Source: Perkinsus olseni (lineage: Eukaryota). Taken from it: 64,000 nt of DNA. Position numbers and translations under genes: made by a program. Below the pieces are notes generated by a model that saw nothing but the letters and a program-made list of their open reading frames with translations, did no database searches and was not told the origin of the DNA. Positions 37,028-62,480 of the stretch are shown piece after piece (the first letter of the stretch is position 1; the number at the start of each line of letters is the position of its first letter). The stretch spans positions 1 to 64,000 of the forward strand of contig JABANN010000065.1 of assembly GCA_013115125.1 (NCBI GenBank). Direction: 5' to 3'.

Positions 37028-38503
37028 ATGGTCACTCTACAGAGTCGATGGCTGCGGGCGGGTACAGCGGGAGTACTGACGAATCTGAGGCGACGATGGG
37101 GGTCCTGGAGGCTCCCCATCCCCATCAAGGTTGCCGTTATAGGGGTATCTTTGCTCGGTGGTTATGCATGGCATACACAGGTTAACCCCAAGATACGGCG
37201 TAATGCCTTGCTCCAGAGCTTTTCATCCCAGGGAGGGTATCTTTCCTTAGCAGATTACTGGTGGTCTAACAGGTCTGCGAAAATAGCAAAGCAGAAGTTC
37301 GGGTTGGATGGTGACCTCTGCCATTTTTACGGTGAGAAGGGGGGCGTGGATTCTGACTTGCAGAACATCAGAAGGGCGGCTAAGGCCCGTGTCGAGTCGG
37401 ATGAGGTTGATCCGTCCTTTGCGATGCACTGGGAGACCGGCGCCTGGCTTCGTTATGGGAATGTGCTCTGGCGGGTTGGGTATTTCCCGTCATCGCGTTT
37501 GCCGTGCGATGACCCCCTTCCAGCGGCCTGCGATAGAGGCTGGTGTCTTGTGATACTTCCGGGTAACGATAGGGGCCTTGAGATGGCACAGAGGATGTCG
37601 GAGGTCACCGATGGAAGGTTTGAAGTGAAAGATTCTTCCGATCGGCCCAGTATGAATCCTGATGGAGAATCTTTATTATCGAGGTTGGACCTGGTAGGGT
37701 TTGGTATCTTAGGTCAATCAAAGATATGCCTCGACCGTTTTATTGATTTTATATTTGCTATGTTCAGCGGCGGAGCGAAGACGCCCCAGACGGTACCGCA
37801 CACGGACGGCTGCCCTCTCGTAGTCTTCCTACCCTCCTTTGCGGAGCACTACGCCTCCCGTCAAGTGCCAATGTCCCTAACACTCGCGAGTCGGGGGATT
37901 TGTGGTATGATACTAATCGAGAACCCTCTCAGGGGTAGGCGGGCCCCTCCACCATCGATGTCCCTCCATGCGGAATGCATGCATAGTGTTGACCAATTCC
38001 TGGCCTTTGCGGCTCGATCAGTATCTGACACCCGAGGGTTGCTGCACTGGATCGACTCCAAGATCCGCCCCGATAGGCTTTGCGTGGGTGGCCTGTCCAT
38101 CGGGGCCTCCATCGCCACTATGAGTGCAGTAACACTGCGGAACCTCGCTGCTGGTCTGTCGTTGTGTGCATTCTTCCCAGCATCATCGGCTAGCTCGACC
38201 TGGACTCACGAGCGCAGTGCTATGCGGCCTTACGTCAATCCCAAGCTTGATAGAGGGTACATCGAGGAAGCGACTGCTGCTACTGACATCACTACCTACC
38301 CTATGCCTACCACCCTTTCTGGCAACAGCAGCCGAGTGGAGCTGCTGGGCGCCCGGCATGACGCTATCATACTGGGGGAGAACACACGAAGGTTGAGTGA
38401 GTATCTTGGCTGCCCCATAAGATGGGTTAGAGGAGGCCATGTTACAGGAGCGCTGCTGCAGCAACATGAATTCATCCAGGCCATCACTCGGGCGGTGTCA
38501 TGA
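37028..38503 (+). CDS. Alpha/beta hydrolase, ABHD18 (DUF2048)-like
   Basis: ENPLRGRRAP, nucleophile elbow GLSIG, HDAII (Asp) and GGHV (His). An in-frame intron around 37618-37767 is possible. Confidence 0.75.
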   Translation: MVTLQSRWLRAGTAGVLTNLRRRWGSWRLPIPIKVAVIGVSLLGGYAWHTQVNPKIRRNALLQSFSSQGGYLSLADYWWSNRSAKIAKQKFGLDGDLCHFYGEKGGVDSDLQNIRRAAKARVESDEVDPSFAMHWETGAWLRYGNVLWRVGYFPSSRLPCDDPLPAACDRGWCLVILPGNDRGLEMAQRMSEVTDGRFEVKDSSDRPSMNPDGESLLSRLDLVGFGILGQSKICLDRFIDFIFAMFSGGAKTPQTVPHTDGCPLVVFLPSFAEHYASRQVPMSLTLASRGICGMILIENPLRGRRAPPPSMSLHAECMHSVDQFLAFAARSVSDTRGLLHWIDSKIRPDRLCVGGLSIGASIATMSAVTLRNLAAGLSLCAFFPASSASSTWTHERSAMRPYVNPKLDRGYIEEATAATDITTYPMPTTLSGNSSRVELLGARHDAIILGENTRRLSEYLGCPIRWVRGGHVTGALLQQHEFIQAITRAVS

Positions 38504-39473
38504 GAGCTGTGTGAGTCGGATTTACTGAGTTTGACTGAGTTTGGTGCGATCTATTTATTAACATGATGGTATCTTTTTTATGCAACAGTTTCAGCTTTCA
38601 TCACTTCTTGTTGTGTATCGAGAACGTGGCTTTGTGGGAGTGTAGGTGTTTTACCATTTTTTAATCAGAATCGTCGCTGGATGTCATCCCGACCGTATCT
38701 TCATACTCATAGCCACTGTAAAGGCCTCAACCTCTGTGCAAGGCATAAGTATCTTGTATGGCAGCAACATATGTTTATGATAGGCCAGGTCCGACATGAG
38801 GATAAGATGAAAGATGTAGTAACTTCGGGGGCGGAGCGAAGCTGGAAGGCTCTGATGAACGGATATCGATGTACTGATGTTATTGATGGTGATAATGGCA
38901 GACACAGTGGACAGCGATGGGAGTGGGTATCTGATGTCGACTCATGATGATGTCAAGTAATTGAGGATTGCGTTGAAGTATCAATAATGACATGAGATGG
39001 AATACCACAGTATTGCAGCATAGCGTTGATGCAGGCGTATCTTGTATTACCAACAGGTGGTGGTTTTCAACTAGTAAGCGAGGGGGGTTTGAGGTGGAAG
39101 AAGAAGTATTATCACGATAGTTGTTGATGACCATCGACATTTATAGCCATTGCTTCTATCACTGTATTATATCAACGTCGCCGGCTCGATACCCGGGTGG
39201 AGAAACTCATGCAATCACTCCGGGTCTCTATTTCTGGTTGCTCGCGTGATGGCCTTTGCAGTCCACATCGTTCGGCAGGGATTCCGCTCTGTTGGCTGCT
39301 ATCGGTCGTGCTGTTCGGTGTAATCTCGGCATTCGTTGTTGGCCGGTCGCCACTGTGTAGCGGTATACTCTTCACTGCAAGAGCTTGGGTTCGCCGTTGT
39401 GAATGCTATATTGTCCTTTTTCCTTGTTGTTGTTTTCCTCTGGTCAATGTTTCCCAACCAGTTCGGCCAGAGG

Positions 39474-40809
39474 ATGTCGGATCGATCCCCGGCGGAGGCA
39501 TCTAGTGATGGTGGGTATGTAACAGCACCCAACGGTGGAGGTAGTACTAGTAGTACTGATGGTAGTGAGGCTGCTGCAGCTGATAAGCAGCAACAACAAC
39601 AACAGGCAGGGGAGAGATGGTGAGCACGCGTTGAGGGGGGCACTCGTGTTGATGCGTTGTACGGTTTTTTACTACTATATCTACCACCAACCGCTCATGC
39701 GGGCCTTCCATAGCATGAGTATGAACAGTATCATTATGGTAACGCTGGAACTGCTGGTTCAACCATGCCAAAGTTATAATTTGGCAGAATTTCTCCCAGC
39801 GTTCGCGGTTTCTGCCGACGAGTATCTTCGTGACTATTATGTGTATCATGCAACAATCGACCTTAAGATACCATCCACAGTACTTCCATAATATCATTAC
39901 TCAGGAACTCCGCCTCGACAGCCTCGGATGCCATGCAGCGTCATGGCTCCTACGCCCAACAAGGCAACGCTCAGCTCGCTACTACTTCCATTGCTGGAGG
40001 GGAGGACATGATGTCCCCTTATGATGAGTATGCGGGAGGATCGTCGTCGTCGATGATGCTGCCACCCATGAATGTTGACGCTGTTATTGTTAGAGAGCAG
40101 GACATTAGAGGTAATACGGCACTTACTCGGTCAGGAGAAGATTCATTCCTTCTCTTCTCTTCTAAGACTTCTCGGTTCATTATGTGCTCATGTTGCCACG
40201 CTCGATCAGATCAAACGCGACGGCAGGTCATAGCTGAACTATCACAGTTTGCCTCGGCCATCAAAACTGAGGGTGAGTCGAGTCTGGCCACTCAGGGCTC
40301 TCCACCCCTTGCTGTAGGTGCTCCGATAACCATCAACAACTTGCATCAGAGCTCTACCAACACTATGATGAACTCACATGGTAACACTGACGCCCCTCCC
40401 GAACGGCCGAAGAGCTCCATTGAGGTCCTCGCTGACTCGTTCAACAGGTTTTTCGAGAGCCCCTTTAATAAGTAGTATCCTTGGATGGGCCCGGTCGCCA
40501 CATCGATGCTGTTGCTGCGGTCAGAGTTTGTTTTGTCGGCATCACAAGCGTGAGCTTGTATTTGGTATACAACTACTACACCCACAAGTGGAGAGAGGAG
40601 GAATTGCAACGAAAAATCGATGCGAACTTCTTACTGAGGTAGGTGTTGGACCAAATCGATCGACTGATCGATTATGTATGGTCCTTCCGGTACTTATCGT
40701 CGGTGGGGAGATAGGTGTTAATGTTAGGGCTACACAGTGGGCCTTCAATGAGGATGTCAGACATGAGCGTCCGTTCTTCGGGGGAGCTTTTTTCAACCAT
40801 AACAAGTGA
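39474..40809 (+). CDS. Hypothetical single-TM protein (5 exons)
   Basis: Introns 39620..39904, ~40111..40209, 40472..40524 and 40640..40727 give a continuous frame ending FFESPFNKVCFVGITSVSLYLVYNYYTHKWREEELQRKIDANFLLRATQW...NHNK*. Confidence 0.75.
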
Positions 40810-40990
40810 TGATGATACTACCACTACAACCGCACTATGTCCACTTTTGCTACCATTTGATGATGTATTCTGTAATAACCGATTGGGAAGGGCGGCGGCA
40901 CAGCACCAACGCTCTCGGTGCTACTGTGATGATTATGTGATGCTCATTCACCTCTTTGCATTGATTTGCGGTGCTTGGTGTTGTTAATAG

Positions 40991-41022
40991 ATGACGTCTG
41001 TAGAGATCGAACCTGGGACCTC
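40991..41022 (-). promoter_or_regulatory. Extended B-box upstream of the CHD gene
   Basis: + strand reads ATGacgtctgtaGAGATCGAACCtggGACCTC. Confidence 0.6.
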
Positions 41023-41101
41023 GGGACTGCGGTTGAGACACCGGGACACTTGTAAGGATTGGAGAGCGCCGCGTTAGCATCGGGAGAGGACTGGCAGGAA
41101 T

Positions 41102-56003
<14,902 letters not shown>

Positions 56004-56433
56004 GACGGTGAGAAGATGCAGGGATCAGCCCCCCACACTGATGTCCTCAAGGCAGCGATACACTCGACTAAGCTTGCCAAGGCCTGGCTGAAGGTTGAGT
56101 CTGCCACCTTGTATCACCGGCTACTACTTGTCGTATTCTTCACCAGCCCTATGCAGTATCGAGTGAGCTGGCCCACTGTAGAAGGATACCAGTATGCACG
56201 CACGAGTACCCTAGCCGGGCCGCAGCACTACCGTTGGCGCTGCTTCAAGGAGGGACGGCTCTCACGCTGCTTCCAAACACTAGCGGTCGTAGGACTGCCG
56301 CCTACCACTCCATGTTTGCTTGAGAATTGTTGTACAATTTCATGTCTATCTTGCTCTCTTGCTCAATCTTGAAGTTCCTTAATTATCTTCCGTGTGGAGA
56401 GCGCATCTACGCTTAGTGAGTGTTGATCCAACA

Positions 56434-56828
56434 ATGGGTTTCATCGGTAGCATCGAGCAGTTTATCAACTTGCGCACTGCGAGGATGTTCATCTATGGTG
56501 GGGTCAGTGCTGTCTTCCTCTACAAGGTAGAACACCCCTGGTGCTGGTGAGGGTATCAATCTCCTCTCAGGCAACACCTTTCATGTACCGCTGGGAGATG
56601 CTGCCTACCTTCTTAGTGAAGACCGAGGCGTATAAATCTAGGGAAGCCATGATAGCATTCGAGTAGTATTGAGAAGTTGGCAGGCTGATGTCAGGCATGC
56701 TACTGTTGCTGTTGTTCAGTAATATGAAGGGCATTGTGTACGGTCCCTACGATAAGGGTGGCCTTGAGGGACCCCCTACCAAGATACCAGAGACCTCGAT
56801 CGGTATGATGAAGGTTGATCCTATGTAG
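56434..56828 (+). CDS. Small 97-aa single-TM protein (3 exons), absent from the ORF track
   Basis: Exons 56434-56526, 56571-56662 and 56720-56828 (294 nt) give MGFIGSIEQFINLRTARMFIYGGVSAVFLYKATPFMYRWEMLPTFLVKTEAYKSREAMIAFDNMKGIVYGPYDKGGLEGPPTKIPETSIGMMKVDPM*. Confidence 0.85.
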
Positions 56829-57130
56829 AGCATGGATAACGATGATGATGATACATTTGAGTATGATGATGCTGATAATAATCTTCGAACACTCCGTGGC
56901 TCCCGTCTAACTGCGGGACAGGCCTCGGACCATTGCTTTGTTATACTATATGATACTGTCGAGTTACCTTAGTCAGAGAAGGGACATACAGTATAGCCAA
57001 CTACGAGCGTAGTGCCGAGAGAAGAGGCAAAGATTCGCGTATTTTACGGTACTCAACACCGTGAAAGTGAAGGCATCATATACTACAGTAAAGCGCGGGG
57101 CGTATTGTTTTGAAGCCGTGCCCTTCTAGG

Positions 57131-60100
57131 ATGGTCGGCCTATGCTCACTACTCCTATGCTGTTCGCTGCTAGCTATCCATCCTGTGGCTGCTGCTGTTG
57201 ATGACGGTGAAGATGATCCTGAATGGGTGTCGAAGCTGTGGAGTGGTAGTTGGGGGTGTTACGGTACTACACTGAGGGACTCCCTGTCCGATGGTCAGGG
57301 TCGATTCAGCATTACCCCAATACTGCTGAGGCTGAGGAGCTGCTTGATAAATTCATGATAGAATGCCCGGGCCAGATGAGAAAGGAGGAGATTGGTAGTA
57401 CCCACAGAGCCTCCCCCTCGGGTAGGGGCAACTGGCTGTAGGTGAATCCTTGGAGCACAGGAAGATCTTCGCTTATGTCCTCACTAAGAAAGATACTCCA
57501 GCAGGGGTAGTGAAGCCTAGGCTTATGGTGACGAGCTTGATGCATAGCAGAGAGCCTGGTAGTATGGTGGTGGGGTGTCTGGGTTGTACTGTTGAGTACT
57601 GCTGTGCAAGACACCTCCCTGAGGTTGGGGCCGCGCGTAGTGGAATCAATAGGGCCAATCTTGCTGTGGTCAACATGTGTGTTGGCGACGTCATTCAGAA
57701 TCTCGCGGGAGGTGAATTGAATTTATTCCAGGACTCGAGAATAGCCAGCGTGTTTGATTTGGAATGGGCAGGGCTGATGCCCAGTGTGGTGTAGACGGCC
57801 GTGTAGAGAGGAGGTGTGAGAGCAGTACAAGAGCTGGTGTGGCCCAACCTCCAGTCGGTGTCCGACGAAATATCAGTGAAATTCTCTGATACTCCGACCA
57901 CTTCGAGTGAGAATTGATTCTTTCTGAGGGGCTGCGCGTGCCTCATCGTAGCTAACTCGATAGCGCAGTCAATCTCGTCTGAACTTCAGAAATGATCTCG
58001 TAAGACGGCGAAAGTGTGGTATTATGAGTGTAGATAGACCTGGCTACATTGCTTGGTGGTATCAGGTGGATTGGCGGTAAGCCTGTATGCTATCGGGAGG
58101 CTGTGTGAGGACTACAAGAAGGGCACGGACCCGCGGACTGTTTATCTACTGGATACTAGAGAGATATGGATCGTGCCAATAGTGAACCCCGACGGGTGAG
58201 CATTATGCGGGTATGGCGGCTTGCTGGGGCGTCGGTCGAATCCCACACACGTGCTGCCACTTACCAGGCTTGCCTGTTACAACGGTAGTATCGAGGCCTT
58301 CCCTGGCGTGTGTCCTCGGGAGACTCGATGCTGGCGACCCTCAGTCCGGTTTCTGTTATTACTGGGATTTATCAAGTCCCCACCTTCGGTGGTCGGAGGG
58401 GTGCTCGAGGAGGGTTCAAACTAGTCGTCTTGAGGAGAAGAGGCCTTAGGCTGTGTCAGGCCTCATTCTCGCTATGCTGTTCTCGGCTCCGGCTGGGAAC
58501 AGCAAGAACGAAATGGAATAGTTACGCTGGTGATCTCTCGAGAATGGTTGACATGGCGTCCTCGGCGAAGAGCTCGATGCCTCCGCCCTGACACAACCCC
58601 TCCTTGTACGGGCTGCTTGGACGTGGCTCGTCAGAAGGCCAACAGCTTGTCTGATCTGCGATATTCATATCGTGATATATTGATCTGTTCCGTAAGCTTT
58701 TGGAGCTCTATCTTCGTACGCAGGTACAAGGTCGTGGAAGATCCCACGATGAGGGATGTCCGGAAGAATCGTCGTGACACCTGTCCTATGAACCCTGTAA
58801 TCCCTCCGTTCACTACTCATCCATTTTTCATACCGTATTTCTCCTACCACTCGGCACCGGCATCGTCACCATCATGCGTAGCGCCTATCGGTGCCCAATC
58901 GTGGAGTGGTCGTGAATGGCAGTGTGTGGTGAGCTGGATCGGGTATCTTTGCTTGTTTAGGTGAAGAGTGGAGTGGACTTGAATCGTAACTTCGGGTACA
59001 AGTGGTCCGGACAGTACCGCAAGTGCAGTGAGGAGTAGCCTGTGTAAGGAGGGAGCCTGCCGGTATTGGTATAACGACAGGTACGCTGGAGAGGGGCCCT
59101 TCAGTGAGCCGGAGACCCAAGCGTTGAAGAGGATGGTGGAGGAGAGGGACTTCAAGATAGCCCTCAATTTCCATTCCTACGGCACGATGCTCACCTATCC
59201 CTTCAATCATGCAAATACGGTGAGGGGTACGGCTGCATGTCCGGCTGCATGTGTGCATCGTGGCCTTCGCCTGGCATAATGATAGCAACTCGTTATGTCA
59301 GGATAAGTCCACCCTCCCGACGGACGATGAAGCTGTCTTCAAGGAGTTGGCTGAGGTCTTCGGCTTCGACCGCTATGGTCCAGCCCATAAACTCTTAGGG
59401 TGAGACAGACTCCGAACCATCATGCAGTGTCCCGGTCGCTATAGTGTTCATGCAGCGACTGCCCTGATACCTCTCTCTGCGATAGGCTAACTACCTTACT
59501 AACATCGGTCAGGGGCTGTCAATAGAATTTGAAGTGTCTTATGATTTGTGTGTGAGGTTGAAATCGAACCTAACATCTTAGTCAGACTTGCAAAAGGCTA
59601 TATTGATTAGAAAAGAGATCAGTCTAGGGAGGTCTATGAAACTAGACGCGTTGCACGTCACCTGTAGCGTTCAGGCACTAGGATTGGAAAAGCCATCATG
59701 CTCTTGCACTGGTCGTCGTCAGGTACACAGCAAGTGGTGAGAGCGATGATTGGTTCTACGGTGCCATGGGAATCATCAGCATGTCGCCTGAGGTGGGGTC
59801 TTGGAGGAGAGAGGGGCAGTTTATTAGAATCTGCTATTCAGATTGGCAGCGAGTCGGGAGGCTTCTATTCGCCTGTCGAAGAGATACCTGGCATAGTAAG
59901 AGATGCGGGGTGCAGGGATCGAACCCAGGACCTCCTTCAGGTTCACCGCAACTATCGTCGAATACGGCATGCTCTGCACAAGACGGGATTGGAGCTACGA
60001 CGCGTGACGTGCAGTCCCGGCTCGTCGGCGGGGATGATGAAAATGACTCTGAAGAATGGCGGCGTGGGTGAGACCCTGTCACTTCTGTCTTTCATGCATC

Positions 60101-61899
60101 ATGGCCATTGCAGCTCCTCCTGCCTGCTAATTTTCCGCTTTCCCGCTGCTACTATTGTACACAGTTGCAGGGCGTTATTTCTTCATAACGCCCTGTATCC
60201 CGGAATGTGGACTTGGGTACGCTACGAAATGTCGCGCGCCACGAAATTGATATCATCGTTTGAAGCCGGGAGATTGGTGTCTAGGTGCGGGTTTCGGCAG
60301 CCACGCAGCAGTGGCTGTAGGAGGATGTGGACCATCTCCAGTGACAGGGAAGATTGCCCAGATAGCCCGACGGAGCGACACAGATTTCGAGGTCAGTGGT
60401 GGGGCTATTCCATTGCTTCCTGCATTCCAATTTCCAAGGCATCCCACCTTGGAGCGCCATCACTCGTACGTTAACGACAAAAAAACTATCATCCTCCGTA
60501 AAGGGCTGGGTACCTCACCTTCGTCAATTCCCGATGTCAGCTCCTTAATTTGTTATACACGGGGCTTTCCTATCGTGTAAGTCCATCGGTTGAAGCCGGG
60601 TGTGGAGGGCATTTGTGATGATCGAAGCATTCTCATCATCATTCATGCTGTAGTCTTGACCAACCGAGTTGGAGTGTAGTGAAAGTTAAACTTTGAAACT
60701 GTGAAACTGAAAGTTTTACTGTGAAACTCAGCCTCCCTCTTTTGCCATCCCCCGGACACGATGTCGCAACCTCTGTCGCCTCGTCTCTATTGCACCGCTT
60801 CGTTCCGAAGCATGTCCCTCGGCTGGACTGGGAAAACATTGTCTAGGGCCGTGACTCCTGAGCTTCCCAGTAGTATTTTTGGTAGCATGTGTCGAACCTT
60901 GTGTAGAGTCGTGGTGGCTTCCTCCGCTGTGGAAGAGATGATTGATGCCCCTCCCGCAGGTGCAGTGTCCAGCTGAGAATATGGCGCCGGGAGAGTCACA
61001 TAAAATATGCATTGTAGAGGAAAGTAGGCGCCAAGAGACCTGTGTCTCCAGTCATTCCTCCTTCTCAGTCCCAGCTAGCGTGACCCCAGCAATATGTCGC
61101 TGTGCAGTAACCAGCATGGGAGGAGAGACTAGCAAGCGGGCCGAATGGGCCACTCCTCTCGAGGACGGTGAGTCTCCCTACGCACCACAGCATCCAGGAC
61201 TGCTATGGAGCTCAGATACATGTCGAGCTGCGGTCAGAAGCCTCACTGACCCGAACACGGAAATCCTGGTGAGTGCCAGGTATAGGATCTTTCTCATTCC
61301 GATATCGATCGATCGGGCGTGCGCGATATGCTTCGCTATCCGCGATTAGTGCAGGGTGTCGTCGCTCAGGTTTCATCAGGAGTAGCGGTCGAAGATGGGA
61401 CGACGTCAGGTGAGTAGGGAGGGCTCAGTTCCACCGACCAGCAGCATCAGTATTAATCTCGGCGTCCTGAGGCATCCTAGGGAATGATAAGTTGTCGTTG
61501 TCGGCAATCTCATCATCATCCTCCGGGCGAGCGAGATTGAGCTCAGAGGCGATTGGAAAATGAAAGATCGTCGACCGTAGCTGGCCAGTGACGACTCTCT
61601 TCTATGTCGTCTATTGTGATGTTATATGCGTTCGCACTTGCGGCGTCATAGGACTTCCCGCGTTGCCGAGCGTGACGGTGGCGTCACACCGGTTTGGGTT
61701 GTCTCCCGAGTGGCAGCGATCTTGGTTGCTGTTGTTCTCAGAAGGTGCAATGCAGCAGTGGGTGATAGTAGCAGGAGTGGTGGTCGGAGTAGCCTGTCTT
61801 TGGCTCTTCATCTACACCCTATGGTGCGCTGGAGCACAGAAGCTACTACTACAACAGACCAACGCTAATGCCGCCAATCAGGTAGAGCCTCACTCTTAG
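57131..61899 (+). CDS. M14 zinc carboxypeptidase (carboxypeptidase T-like) with signal peptide and C-terminal TM anchor
   Basis: HSREP (HxxE), VPIVNPDGY, RKNRR, GVDLNRNF, YAGEGPFSEPET, LNFHSYG. The TM segment is WVIVAGVVVGVACLWLFIYTLW. Confidence 0.92.
58245..58630 (+). ncRNA. Intronic structured RNA, RNase MRP RNA-like candidate
   Basis: Located in intron 58196..58723. CCTGTTACAA (P3-loop-like), AAGTCCCC at 58374-81 (CR-I-like), ATAGTTACGC at 58518-27 (CR-IV-like), TTACCAG/CTGGTGA (P2-like), GGGCT at 58610-14, and UNCG-capped hairpins with G-U pairs. Confidence 0.45.
59903..59934 (-). promoter_or_regulatory. Extended B-box in carboxypeptidase intron 59896..59940
   Basis: + strand reads ATGcggggtgcaGGGATCGAACCcagGACCTC. 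Splicing gives EIPGI|VHRNY. Confidence 0.7.
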
Positions 61900-62480
61900 A
61901 CTAAATATCTTCCGCTAGCTTCCCTCACTACAACGTTAATCCCTCTGCAGTGAAATCCACAGAGGATTCTGAATTCCGAGTATAAGTTTGAATCCTTGCG
62001 GGTATCTTGCGCGCACTTATCAACTTGCGATGGCCTTTGCACGCATGCACAAGATGTCTACATTGCTAGCTGTCGTCGTACTTCTCTCGGCTATTCATCC
62101 CTGCCAGGGGCGATATGCTAACCTGGAGATAGGACCCTATGATATAGAGACCGCGTCACCGAGGAGAGCTGATACTGAGGACGATCGGGAATGATAAAAA
62201 AAGCAGTTTATTGATTGTTAGAGATAATCGATCACGTGATCGATTTGTGGGAAGTCACCTTGTGCGATTTCGTTACGTACGATCTCTGGCTAAACTAACT
62301 CACTTCGCCGAGATCGGCGTTGATCACTACAACACTTACAAGATCGTTTCTGTCATCACCCTCGGCAGCAGGGCTTGCGTTCACGACCTGTGCTACCGTA
62401 GGGACTGCGATGGTGCTATGAAGTCGCATAGCTGAGCATTGCTCATGTCGCCCCCATAGGGAAGGAGTGTTTTCATTGGT

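Noticed and set aside
38660-39170. C/D snoRNA cluster (several TGATGA/CTGA words)
   Set aside because: GAT/TGA-rich low-complexity sequence is common throughout this window. I found no convincing box pair with a terminal stem and guide.
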